Origin: a virus | Taxonomy: Duplodnaviria > Caudoviricetes | Length of the DNA stretch: 64,000 nucleotides | Reading direction: 5' to 3' (one strand) | IMG/VR virus record: IMGVR_UViG_3300005973_000002 | Shown: in pieces, positions 28,913 to 38,682 of the stretch | How positions within the stretch are numbered: the stretch's first letter is position 1 | Layout: each line of letters opens with the position of its first letter | The notes under the pieces: model-generated | The model's input: the letters and a program-made list of their open reading frames with translations, nothing else | Told to the model about the DNA's origin: nothing | Database searches by the model: none | Made by a program: the position numbers and the translations under genes

Positions 28913-29619
28913 TGGCAACTTTCTGTTTTGACATTGATGGAACAATCTGCACCAATACACTTGGCAAGTATTTGAACGCAAAGCCTTATCCTGATATGTT
29001 ACGACGCATTAATAATCTGTATGACTGTGGACACACCATCATTTTTATGACCGCAAGAGGATGTGTATCTCATGTTGATTATACAGAATTGACAGAAAAA
29101 CAGCTGAATGAATGGGGATTTAAATACCACAAATTAATCACAAATCAGAAGCCGCATGCAGATTTGTTTATTGACGACCGAGCCGTAAATGTGTGCGAAT
29201 GGCGGACTTTGGGTAAAAGAATTGGTTTTGTTGCTAGTTCTTTTGATCTGATTCATCCAGGATACATTATAATGCTCAAAGAAGCCAAGACGGTTTGTGA
29301 GCATCTTGTCTGTGCTCTTCATGTAGATCCATCCACAGAAAGAGACTCAAAAAACCAACCCATACAAACACTTGAAGAGCGGCTGATGGTTTTAGAATCA
29401 ATTCGTTATGTTGACGAAGTTATTATATATAAATCAGAAGATGATTTGTACCAACTTCTTAAAGAAATTTCTCCAGATGTTCGTATTCTTGGCAGTGATT
29501 ACAAAGAAAAAGATTTTACAGGTTCAGATCTCAGTATAGAAATACATTGGCATAACAGAGACCATAGCTGGTCAACGTCAAATCTCAGGCGGAGGATCGC
29601 TAACGCCGAAAACAAATAA
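28912..29619 (+). CDS. Bifunctional HAD phosphatase + cytidylyltransferase-family nucleotidyltransferase
   Basis: FCFDIDGTIC...FMTAR...KP..DLFIDD fused to SFDLIHPGY...ER..VLESIRYVDEV...STSNLRRR. Confidence 0.85.
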   Translation: MATFCFDIDGTICTNTLGKYLNAKPYPDMLRRINNLYDCGHTIIFMTARGCVSHVDYTELTEKQLNEWGFKYHKLITNQKPHADLFIDDRAVNVCEWRTLGKRIGFVASSFDLIHPGYIIMLKEAKTVCEHLVCALHVDPSTERDSKNQPIQTLEERLMVLESIRYVDEVIIYKSEDDLYQLLKEISPDVRILGSDYKEKDFTGSDLSIEIHWHNRDHSWSTSNLRRRIANAENK

Positions 29620-29658
29620 ACTCCTGAAGTATAACCTTAGAACAACGACAGGTGTTTC

Positions 29659-30567
29659 ATGAAAAAGGTACTCGTAACAGGTGGCGCAGGGTTCATTGGT
29701 TCAAACGTTGTTGATCTTCTAGTAGAGAAAGGCCATGATGTTATCGTGGTAGATAATCTTTCTACTGGTTATACTGAAAACTTAAATCCTAAAGCTAAAT
29801 TTTGCAATTTAGATTTGCTTGACAGTAAATTGCTTTTTAAAAAAATGTTGACCGAGTTTGGTCAAATTGATGTTGTGTTTCATCTAGCTGCATTGCCAAG
29901 AGTTGAGCCGAGTATTCATGACCCCGTTGGCTCAAACGAACAGAATGTCACAGCAACACTAAACCTATTTGAAGCTTGTAGGAAAGCGGGAGTTAAAAAT
30001 ATAATCTATTCGTCTTCATCGTCAGTATATGGCGACGCCAAAAATGTTCCAACTGATGAAAACGAACCTGTTGATCCGATGAGTCCTTATGCCTTACAAA
30101 AGCTCATCGGCGATCAATATGCAGAACTGTTCTGTAGGCTATACGATATGAACATCACCTGCCTTCGTTACTTTAACGTCTATGGAAATCGAGAGCCTAC
30201 TGTTGGCGCTTATGTGCCTGTAATCGGTATTTGGTTTAGACAGCTTGCCGAAGGTAAACCTTTGACCATAACAGGAGATGGTAGACAAAGCCGAGATTTT
30301 GTTAACGTGCTTGACGTAGCGAAAGCAAATGTTATGTCTGCCGAAGCTGGATTGAGAGGATATAATGTTTTTAACATTGGTTCAGGAACTACACACGAAC
30401 TAAATTATTTAGCATTACTTATTTCTAAGAACATAACATACATTGCACCAAGGATGGAACCTAGACACACGTGTGCTGATATTTCTCTCATGAAAAACAT
30501 GATTGGATGGAAATCAACTATTAATATTAAAGCCTACATTAGAGAAAAGGTAAGAAATTTAAAATGA
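29659..30567 (+). CDS. NAD-dependent epimerase (UDP-sugar 4-epimerase-like)
   Basis: TGGAGFIG, SSSSVYG, YALQK and LRYFNVYG. Confidence 0.92.
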   Translation: MKKVLVTGGAGFIGSNVVDLLVEKGHDVIVVDNLSTGYTENLNPKAKFCNLDLLDSKLLFKKMLTEFGQIDVVFHLAALPRVEPSIHDPVGSNEQNVTATLNLFEACRKAGVKNIIYSSSSSVYGDAKNVPTDENEPVDPMSPYALQKLIGDQYAELFCRLYDMNITCLRYFNVYGNREPTVGAYVPVIGIWFRQLAEGKPLTITGDGRQSRDFVNVLDVAKANVMSAEAGLRGYNVFNIGSGTTHELNYLALLISKNITYIAPRMEPRHTCADISLMKNMIGWKSTINIKAYIREKVRNLK

Positions 30568-31299
30568 AGACTAAAACTTTACAGGATATATAAAAGAATA
30601 CGAAGATACGGAACTGTGCAATAGTTCAATTATTCTAGACTTTAATCTAGGAACCGATTCTGTTTCTTGGTTAAAAAATCACAGAGATTTTATTGAAACA
30701 TCTTATAAAAAGGGAGTCATCTATGGACATGGAGCAAGATGTTTGCAATACATGTGGAAACTGATCGTGGACCAAATGCCATCTGATTTTTCATTTTTAG
30801 AAATAGGAGTTTACAAAGGTCAAATTTTATCTTTAATTGAGTTATGTGCAAATAAAACAGAAAAAAATTCCAAAATGGTAGGGGTAACTCCACTTTTCGA
30901 TCCTGATTTTGCCAAGTATAACCGCATGCCTTATATTGAAGGAATATTTAAAAACTTTTCACTTACGATGGAAAACACGACCATCATTGATGGAAAGTCA
31001 CAAGATGAAAAGATTGTTGAAAAAGTAAATAATTTAGGTCCGTTTAATATTGTTTATATCGATGGAGATCACTCATATCAGGCAACTGTTGATGACATCA
31101 AAATTATGATAAATGTTTAAAATCGGGCGGTTTTATGATTGTGGATGATGCTAGTAATTTTAAAAAAATCCCAACTTACGCAAGTTCCTTCAAAGGAATC
31201 ATTGAAGTTTCAGAGGCAGTTAGAGATACCCTTGAGAAGGATTCATCTTATGAAGACTTGCTTACCTGTATGCATGTTCGCATTTTTAGAAAGAAATAA
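30564..31299 (+). pseudogene. Class I SAM methyltransferase (Methyltransf_24-like) broken by two single-base frameshifts
   Basis: FLEIGVYKG and YIDGDHSY, with LKSGGFMIVDD in the next frame. Breaks at about 30591 and 31100-31103. The reconstructed ORF overlaps both neighbours (ATGA and TAATG). Confidence 0.8.
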
Positions 31300-32459
31300 T
31301 GATGGAAAAGATAAAAATTGCATTCATTAAATTTTGTGGTTTGGCAGCAGGCGGAACTGAAAAGGCATTGCAAACCATTGCGGCAAATCTTCCGAAGGAT
31401 CGATTTGAAGTAGATTACTATTATTGTGACGCTGCACCATACCTTGGTTCGGATTACAAACATGCCGACACTGATCCATATAGAAAAGCTTATATGGAAA
31501 GTAAAAATGTGAATCTTGTAAAATTTAGTGTCGCCTATAAAGACGTGAGAGATTCAACACACAAATGGATCGATACTAATTTTTGGGAAATGTTTGATGA
31601 AAACAGGTATGACATCATTCAAACCGCCCGAGCAGGTCATCCAGAATATCCTTTTACTCAAATAAATTCAACTCCTCAAGTGGACTTGGTCACATTGCCT
31701 GGAATGGCTGAAAACAAAGTTAATGTAGTTAAAACTGTTCATATTTCAAAGCACCAAGCAGAAACTTGGGTCAAAGCTGGAGGAAATCCTAGTAAAATTG
31801 AAGTTATCCCACTATTTGATGAGCTTCCGACACCACCTAAATTGAACTTTAGAAAGGAATTTAAATTAGAAAATAAATTTGTGTTTGGCTTACATCAGAG
31901 AGTCGATGATGGAATTTTTTCTCCAATTCCATTAACAGCATTCAAAAAGCTTGAAGTCGAATTTGATAATGTTGCTTTCTTATTACTTGGTGGAAGCGAC
32001 AGATATAGAGAACAGGCCGCAACACTTAAATTGCAAAATTTTCATACGCTTCCTCATACCGGAGACAAGCAAAGTATTTCAAAGTTTTTAAACACATTAA
32101 ATGCCTATGCTCACGGACGTTCAGATGGAGAAACTTTCTCATTGGCTATCAGCGAGGCAATGAGTTATGGATTGCCGATAATAAGCCACGCCGCTCCAGC
32201 AATGGGCCACGTGGAGACAATAGGAGAAGCTGGAGTTGTGGTAGACAGTTTGGAAGCATATGTCAACACAATGAAAAAGCTTGTGCAGGATAAAGACTAT
32301 TACAAAATTGTTTCAAACAAAGCTGCCGAACGTTTTCAAAACCATCTTTCTTTGAATGTTAATATTGCAAAGTTCATAACACTATATGAACATGTGTATC
32401 AATCAAATCGCCTTATAAAGGCCGATGATGGCTGGTTGTCTGAATGGATAGAAAATTAA
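31299..32459 (+). CDS. Glycosyltransferase family 4
   Basis: GGTEK and ETFSLAISEAMSYGLPII. Confidence 0.9.
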   Translation: MMEKIKIAFIKFCGLAAGGTEKALQTIAANLPKDRFEVDYYYCDAAPYLGSDYKHADTDPYRKAYMESKNVNLVKFSVAYKDVRDSTHKWIDTNFWEMFDENRYDIIQTARAGHPEYPFTQINSTPQVDLVTLPGMAENKVNVVKTVHISKHQAETWVKAGGNPSKIEVIPLFDELPTPPKLNFRKEFKLENKFVFGLHQRVDDGIFSPIPLTAFKKLEVEFDNVAFLLLGGSDRYREQAATLKLQNFHTLPHTGDKQSISKFLNTLNAYAHGRSDGETFSLAISEAMSYGLPIISHAAPAMGHVETIGEAGVVVDSLEAYVNTMKKLVQDKDYYKIVSNKAAERFQNHLSLNVNIAKFITLYEHVYQSNRLIKADDGWLSEWIEN

Positions 32460-32460
32460 A

Positions 32461-33333
32461 ATGATAAAACATCAAAACGTCACACCCTGTCGTAAAAGCA
32501 TAATGGTGTTGGGGGGTTCTGGACAAATCGGTCGGCCTCTTTGTGACTTTTTGTATAGGCGAGGGTGTAAAGTATACAATGTTGATCTTGTTCTTGGCAA
32601 AGACCATGATTTAAGAAACTCACAAAATATTGCATCGTATTGGATGTCTCAAGTAGATTTTGTTTATTTTTTAGCTTTCGACATTGGTGGTTCTAAATTT
32701 CTCAAATTAAAACAAGATGACTGCACATTTTTAATGAATAATATGAAGATAATGACCAGTGTATTTGATATGCTTGAAACTCACAAAAAACCATTTGTTT
32801 TTGCCTCTTCATCAATGGCTGAAATGCCTTGGTCTCCATACGGAAATCTCAAGAAAGTTGGGGAGCATTTTACAGAATCTCTGGGTGGTGTCTCAACACG
32901 CTTTTGGAATATCTATGGACCAGAGCATGATGACATGAGAGCGCACGTCATTACTGATTTTATTAAAAAGGCAAAAAATACCGGCGTAATCAACATGTTG
33001 ACTAACGGTTCGGAAGTTAGGCAGTTTTTGCATGCTAAAGACTGCTCTGAAATTCTTTTGACACTTGCTGAACGATTTGATGAAGTTAAAAAATATAAAA
33101 AATTGGATGTTAGTAACGGAGTTTGGTCTTCTATTGGTCAAGTGGCAGAATTGGTTGCTGCTCACTACAAAGTAGATATTATAAAAGCTCCTCATGAGGA
33201 TACGGTACAAAACGACAGCAGGATTGAACCAAATTTGGACACATTGTGTAAATTTTGGAATCCAAAAAATTCAATTACATTAAAAGATGGCATTGTTGAC
33301 ATGATCAAATATTACGAGAAAAATGATGGCTGA
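32461..33333 (+). CDS. NAD-dependent epimerase/dehydratase (divergent)
   Basis: GGSGQIG, ASSS, YGNLK and RFWNIYG. Confidence 0.85.
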   Translation: MIKHQNVTPCRKSIMVLGGSGQIGRPLCDFLYRRGCKVYNVDLVLGKDHDLRNSQNIASYWMSQVDFVYFLAFDIGGSKFLKLKQDDCTFLMNNMKIMTSVFDMLETHKKPFVFASSSMAEMPWSPYGNLKKVGEHFTESLGGVSTRFWNIYGPEHDDMRAHVITDFIKKAKNTGVINMLTNGSEVRQFLHAKDCSEILLTLAERFDEVKKYKKLDVSNGVWSSIGQVAELVAAHYKVDIIKAPHEDTVQNDSRIEPNLDTLCKFWNPKNSITLKDGIVDMIKYYEKNDG

Positions 33334-34264
33334 TTTGCTTGTTACGGGCGGCACCGGAATGGTCGGGCAAGCCATTCGCAAACTTCTCCCTAAAGACTTT
33401 GACGTTGCTCTTGTTGGTTCGAAAGATTACGATCTAACCAACCCAACAAAAGCTCGAAAAATGGTTAGAGAGCTAAAACCAAAAAAAATCATTCACCTAG
33501 CAGCAAAAGTTGGTGGTGTAAAAGCCAACACTGAGAAGGTCGCAGAATTCTTTAATGAGAACATTTTAATAAACACAAATGTGCTGATGGCTGCTGACAA
33601 ATATGATGTTCAACACGTTGTCTCAATGTTGAGCACTTGTGTGTATCCAGATGTCAAGTGGGTAACCTATCCGTTGACCGAAACACAGCTTCATAAAGGA
33701 CCACCGCACGATTCAAACTTTGGATACGCTTATGCAAAAAGAATGCTAGAAGTTCAATCAAGAGCTTATAGAAAGCAAAAGGGTAGAAACTACACAACAG
33801 CTATTCCAAACAACATCTACGGACCTCATGATAACTTCGATTTAGAAGATGGACATGTGGTTCCAGCGGTTATCCGTAAGATATATGAGGCCAAACTAAA
33901 AGGAACCAATGTAACTTTCTGGGGCGATGGCTCAGCTCTCCGTGAGTTTACCTTTTCAGAAGATATTGCTGCATGTCTCCTAAAAATGGTAGGTTGTCCT
34001 ACTGGTGAAATGTACGATAGTTCAATTCCATGCAATATTGGTATATCTGTTGAAACTTCAATCAAAGAATTGGTAGAAACCGTAACTGAAATTTTTGAAT
34101 TCAAAGGCAGAATAAACTGGGACACAACCAAACCCGCTGGGCAATATCGCAAACCAAGTAGTGCCGGCAGAATTAACCATGACTACAAGCCTCTAAGAGA
34201 AGGGCTGGAAATTACTTGTGAGTGGTTTGAAAAAACATATCCTGATGTACGTGGTGTTAAGTAA
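33323..34264 (+). CDS. fcl: GDP-L-fucose synthase (GDP-4-keto-6-deoxymannose epimerase/reductase)
   Basis: GGTGMVG, AAKVGGVKAN, STCVYP, YAYAKR, PNNIYGPHDNF, HVVPA and WGDGSALREF. Confidence 0.9.
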   Translation: MMADLLVTGGTGMVGQAIRKLLPKDFDVALVGSKDYDLTNPTKARKMVRELKPKKIIHLAAKVGGVKANTEKVAEFFNENILINTNVLMAADKYDVQHVVSMLSTCVYPDVKWVTYPLTETQLHKGPPHDSNFGYAYAKRMLEVQSRAYRKQKGRNYTTAIPNNIYGPHDNFDLEDGHVVPAVIRKIYEAKLKGTNVTFWGDGSALREFTFSEDIAACLLKMVGCPTGEMYDSSIPCNIGISVETSIKELVETVTEIFEFKGRINWDTTKPAGQYRKPSSAGRINHDYKPLREGLEITCEWFEKTYPDVRGVK

Positions 34265-34291
34265 AACATTTAATTCAACTAGATAGAGACT

Positions 34292-35287
34292 GTGAACATG
34301 TACAAACCTTATGACAAACGCACTGCGCTTATTAGCGGAATAACGGGACAGGATGGTTCATATTTGGCTGAACTTCTATTAGACAAAGGCTACAAGAAGG
34401 TTGTTGGTCTAAGACGTAGAACTTCCACTTTCAACACTGAACGAGTAGAGCACTTCTATCATAATCCAAGATTTTGGATGGAGTGGGGCAACATGACCGA
34501 CAGCCATTCTTTATGGCGAGTGTTAACCAAGTGGAAACCAGATGAAGTTTACAATCTTGCAGCTCAGTCTCATGTGAGAGTTTCATTTGACGTTCCTGAA
34601 GAGACGCTTGACGTAGTTGCAATGGGAACAATGAAGCTCTTAAATGTTTGTAAAGAGATTGTTCCCGAGGCCAGAATTTATCAGGCTTCATCGTCTGAAA
34701 TGTATGGAGATAATCCTGAAACTCCTCAGAATGAGGAGACAAGAATGACTCCTGCGTCGCCATACGCTTGTGCAAAACTTTTTGCGCATAATCTTTGTCG
34801 CAACTATCGTGAAGGATATGGCATGCACATTTCTTGCGGAATTCTGTTCAATCACGAATCAGAACGCAGGGGGGAAACCTTTGTAACTAGAAAGATCACT
34901 CAAGCTGCCGCCAAAATCAAACTTGGCAAACAAGAAATTCTTGAGCTTGGTAATCTTGGTGCTAAAAGAGACTGGGGCCATGCTTCTGATTATGTATACG
35001 GAATGTGGCTAATGCTTCAACAGGACAAACCTGATGATTATGTCCTTGCTACAGGTGAAACACATACTGTTAAAGAATTTCTCGACGAAGTATTTGCTCA
35101 TGCCGGTCTTGACGTTGACAAACACGTTAGAATTAACCCGAAATATTTCCGCCCACACGAGGTTCCTCTTCTTTTGGGTGATCCAACTAAAGCAAAGACA
35201 AAGCTGGGTTGGGAGCCTAAAATCAAATTCAAAGAACTTGCTAAATTGATGTACGAGGCCGATCTTGAAAAAGAAATAGGTTTATAA
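34292..35287 (+). CDS. gmd: GDP-mannose 4,6-dehydratase
   Basis: GITGQDGSYL, NLAAQSHV, QASSSEMYG, SPYACAK, LFNHES and RDWGHA. Confidence 0.95.
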   Translation: MNMYKPYDKRTALISGITGQDGSYLAELLLDKGYKKVVGLRRRTSTFNTERVEHFYHNPRFWMEWGNMTDSHSLWRVLTKWKPDEVYNLAAQSHVRVSFDVPEETLDVVAMGTMKLLNVCKEIVPEARIYQASSSEMYGDNPETPQNEETRMTPASPYACAKLFAHNLCRNYREGYGMHISCGILFNHESERRGETFVTRKITQAAAKIKLGKQEILELGNLGAKRDWGHASDYVYGMWLMLQQDKPDDYVLATGETHTVKEFLDEVFAHAGLDVDKHVRINPKYFRPHEVPLLLGDPTKAKTKLGWEPKIKFKELAKLMYEADLEKEIGL

Positions 35288-35355
35288 CAAGTACGGATTG
35301 AACAAAAATAGCAATAACCAAGAGAATAGTAACCAGAAGGAAAGTCAAAGTATCC

Positions 35356-36933
35356 ATGACCGAATCACTACTAACTGTAGATAATGAACTTCTTGGCGAT
35401 GATCTTTTCATCAAGCCAAAGAAAAAGAAAAAGATCCTAATGTTGTCTGATCATCCGCTTGCGCCATCAGGCGTGGGTGTTCAGGCAAGATTCCTCATTG
35501 AGGGCTTAATCAACACGGGCAAATATAGTTTTCGTTGCCTTGGTGGTGCGATCAAGCACCAGGATTATAGAACAATAAAAGTAAACGATGATTTTATCAT
35601 AAAACCAGTAGATGGTTTTGGCACTCATGAGATGATTCGTAGTTTGCTTGTGACTGAAAAGCCAGATGCGCTTATTATTTTTACAGATCCAAGACAATTC
35701 ATTTGGTTATGGGAAATTGAAGATGAAATTCATCAAGTTTGTCCGATTACTTACTGGCACGTATGGGACAATGATCCATATCCTGCTTTCAACAGACCTT
35801 GGTATGAGTCAACAGATTTAATCAACTGCCTCTCTTACAAGACTTATGAATTGATCAAACCACATTTTCCTGAAAAGACTCATTACATCCCACATGCTTT
35901 TCCAAAGCATGTTTATTATGAGCTTCCAAAAGAACAGGTTGACAACCTTGCTTCTCAAAATTTTGGACCAAGAGCAAATTGGTTTAAAGCTCTTTGGGTA
36001 AACCGAAATGCAACTCGTAAATTACCAGCCGATGTTCTTAGTGCTTGGAAAGTTTTCTTAGACAAACTTGAGGCAAAACATGGTCATCGAAACGCTGTTT
36101 TGATCATGCATACAGACCCAGGTGACGCCGAGGGCCCAAATCTACTTGCCGTGGCAGAAATGCTAGGTCTTCAAAACAATGTTTGGTTTTCAACAGATAA
36201 GCTTGGTTTTGATAGAATGAATATTCTGCACAATCTTGTTGATACTGTAGTAAACGTTTCAAAAAATGAAGGATTCGGACTTTCTACTCTTATTTCTTTG
36301 CAAGTCGGCAAACCGATTATCGCCTTAAAAACCGGAGGAGAAACACGTAAAGTTGTTGATTATAGGGATGGAACTGAAATTGGAGTTGGGCTCGATCCGA
36401 TTAAACGTTGTCTCGTAGGTTCACAACTTGTCCCATATATCTATGAAGATTTTGCAGGAACAGAAGAGCTTGCAAATGCCTTCCTTACGGTTCATGATTA
36501 CACCCCTGAAGAGAAGGCCAAACTTAGAGAAAAGGCTTTGGACTACGTTGATTTTGAATACAATCATGAAGACATCGTAAGACGATGGGATGAGACATTA
36601 ACAAAATGTATCGAAAATTTTGAGTCTGGGAACACCAATAGGTGGAGCATCCAAAAAATTGAACCAGTTGTTCCTGGTCAGGGTGAAGAAGCTGTTGTTG
36701 ATAGAAATCCTAGCAGGCTCGAACAAGCAAAGCAAGCACAGATTGCAGCTGATGCAGTTAAAACTCAACAATTCATGCAAACATCATTAGGCAGTGCCGA
36801 AGCAGGTTCAACAAAGACTGTTTCGAAGGGCAGGAAGAAAGTTTCTACTACAAAATCAACCGCTAAGCCTAAAAACGACTCAGTAAAAACAACAACAAAA
36901 AAATCCAACAAAAAGAGGAAGAAAAGGAAGTAA
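35356..36933 (+). CDS. Glycosyltransferase family 4 with Lys/Thr-rich C-terminal tail
   Basis: SGVGVQ, NRNATRK and NEGFGLSTL. Confidence 0.88.
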   Translation: MTESLLTVDNELLGDDLFIKPKKKKKILMLSDHPLAPSGVGVQARFLIEGLINTGKYSFRCLGGAIKHQDYRTIKVNDDFIIKPVDGFGTHEMIRSLLVTEKPDALIIFTDPRQFIWLWEIEDEIHQVCPITYWHVWDNDPYPAFNRPWYESTDLINCLSYKTYELIKPHFPEKTHYIPHAFPKHVYYELPKEQVDNLASQNFGPRANWFKALWVNRNATRKLPADVLSAWKVFLDKLEAKHGHRNAVLIMHTDPGDAEGPNLLAVAEMLGLQNNVWFSTDKLGFDRMNILHNLVDTVVNVSKNEGFGLSTLISLQVGKPIIALKTGGETRKVVDYRDGTEIGVGLDPIKRCLVGSQLVPYIYEDFAGTEELANAFLTVHDYTPEEKAKLREKALDYVDFEYNHEDIVRRWDETLTKCIENFESGNTNRWSIQKIEPVVPGQGEEAVVDRNPSRLEQAKQAQIAADAVKTQQFMQTSLGSAEAGSTKTVSKGRKKVSTTKSTAKPKNDSVKTTTKKSNKKRKKRK

Positions 36934-36934
36934 T

Positions 36935-38233
36935 ATGACTGACGACAAAAGAAAAATTGAAAGCGCACAACTTCCTCCAATGGAAGGGTTGTTGTCGGGT
37001 CCAAGTGCACCCAAATTTAATCCAGGCACACAAACCAAAAAAGTTATTCTTAGGGCTCCTGTGCTTACACAATCGGGCTATGGTGTGCATTCTAGGCAGG
37101 TTGCTCGATGGTTGTTTGATCAAATGGACCAAAGGGATGACCTTGAAGTATTTGTTGAGCCGCTACAATGGGGTGTTACTCCTTGGGTTGTAAATACTGA
37201 TTCTTATGATGGACTTATTGGTAGATTGGTTCAGCACTCAACCCAATCAGATCATTATGATGTGTCACTACAACTTCAACTTCCCAACGAGTGGAATCCA
37301 TTTTTAGCTGATTACAACATCGGAATTACTGCTGCTGTTGAAACAGATAAGTGCAATCAGGAATGGGTAAAGCATGTAAACCAAATGGACATGGTTATTG
37401 TTCCATCAGAATTTGTAAAATCTGTAATCCACAATGCTGGTGTTGAGGTTACGACAAAAATAGTCGTGGTGCCAGAAGCATTTACAGACGCATGTTTGGA
37501 TGACGCACTTAATGTTTCTGAAAACGGAAGCTATGATACAGTGATAAATCTTTCGAACATAGAAACCGAATTTAATTTTCTGGTTTTTGGTCAATTTTGT
37601 GGCAACAATCCTGACAATGATCGAAAAAATTTAGCATACACGATTAAGTGGATGTCGGAAGTATTCGCCGAAAATCCCGATGTCGGAGTAATAGTAAAAA
37701 CAAATTTTGGTCGCAACACCAAGCTTGACAAACTAAACACAACAAATATTCTTGCAAAAGTCCTCCTTGAAACCAAAAAAGGCCCAGGGCCAAAGTTTTA
37801 CCTTCTTCACGGAAACATGTCAGATGAAGAAGTGGCAGGACTTTATCGTCATGATAAAGTAAAAGCTCTCGTTAGCCTCACAAGGGGTGAGGGCTTTGGC
37901 TTACCAATTCTTGAAGCAGCTGCTTGTGGACTTCCAGTTATTGTAACGAATTGGAGTGCACACACTGAATTTCTCGGACAAGGTAAGTATGTTAAGGTAG
38001 ATTACCGACTTAGACCAATCCACGAATCAAGGGTTGACAATAAGATTTTCTTCTCTGGTATGCAGTGGGCAAACCCTGACGAGTCGGATGCAAAAAGAAA
38101 ACTTCAGAAGTTTTACCGCAGTCCCGGCCTGCCCCAAAAATGGGCAAAGGAGCTTGCGACGAAGCTACAAAAAACGCATAGCTTTAAGGCCATCAGCGAT
38201 AGATACTCGGAAGTTCTAAAAGATATAATATAA
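36935..38233 (+). CDS. Glycosyltransferase family 4
   Basis: SGYGVHSR, RKN and GEGFGLPILEAAACGLPVI. Confidence 0.9.
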   Translation: MTDDKRKIESAQLPPMEGLLSGPSAPKFNPGTQTKKVILRAPVLTQSGYGVHSRQVARWLFDQMDQRDDLEVFVEPLQWGVTPWVVNTDSYDGLIGRLVQHSTQSDHYDVSLQLQLPNEWNPFLADYNIGITAAVETDKCNQEWVKHVNQMDMVIVPSEFVKSVIHNAGVEVTTKIVVVPEAFTDACLDDALNVSENGSYDTVINLSNIETEFNFLVFGQFCGNNPDNDRKNLAYTIKWMSEVFAENPDVGVIVKTNFGRNTKLDKLNTTNILAKVLLETKKGPGPKFYLLHGNMSDEEVAGLYRHDKVKALVSLTRGEGFGLPILEAAACGLPVIVTNWSAHTEFLGQGKYVKVDYRLRPIHESRVDNKIFFSGMQWANPDESDAKRKLQKFYRSPGLPQKWAKELATKLQKTHSFKAISDRYSEVLKDII

Positions 38234-38682
38234 TGTTGACTTGGGTTCTTACTGGCATCGTTGCATTGCTTGCAGTAACACTGGGCTTCAGTGTTTATTA
38301 CTTAATAAAATTTTCAAGAATTATCATGGTTTTTGAAGACGATATAAGTGATACTGTTTCTGCATTAAATGAAGTCGATGACACTATCAATGGAGTATTG
38401 CAAATGCAAATATTTTATGATAGTCCCGAGGTAAGAAAAGAGGTTGACAAAATTTTGGAAGAAGTTCGAATTTGCAGAGTTAAAATTTTTGGAATGATTG
38501 AACGGTTTACAGCTCGAAGTAAACAGCAATATTATTTTATCAATGATAACACTGAAATTCCCACTAGAGATGAACGAATAATTCCGAGACTTCCTGGACA
38601 GCCGCCGGATACACCAAATCCGCTACAAATGTTACAAAATGAAGGTATAGTTCTGGATGTCCAACACCAAAGAAAAGAATGA
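38233..38682 (+). CDS. Hypothetical membrane-anchored protein
   Basis: N-terminal TM helix followed by a helical region. Confidence 0.7.
   Translation: MLTWVLTGIVALLAVTLGFSVYYLIKFSRIIMVFEDDISDTVSALNEVDDTINGVLQMQIFYDSPEVRKEVDKILEEVRICRVKIFGMIERFTARSKQQYYFINDNTEIPTRDERIIPRLPGQPPDTPNPLQMLQNEGIVLDVQHQRKE

Noticed and set aside
21622-38233. Giant eukaryotic virus origin, or a chimeric bacterial O-antigen locus
   Set aside because: Flanked by myovirus tail genes, with SD motifs and overlapping-stop coupling. No wzx, wzy or wzz seen and no obvious compositional break (GC not computed).
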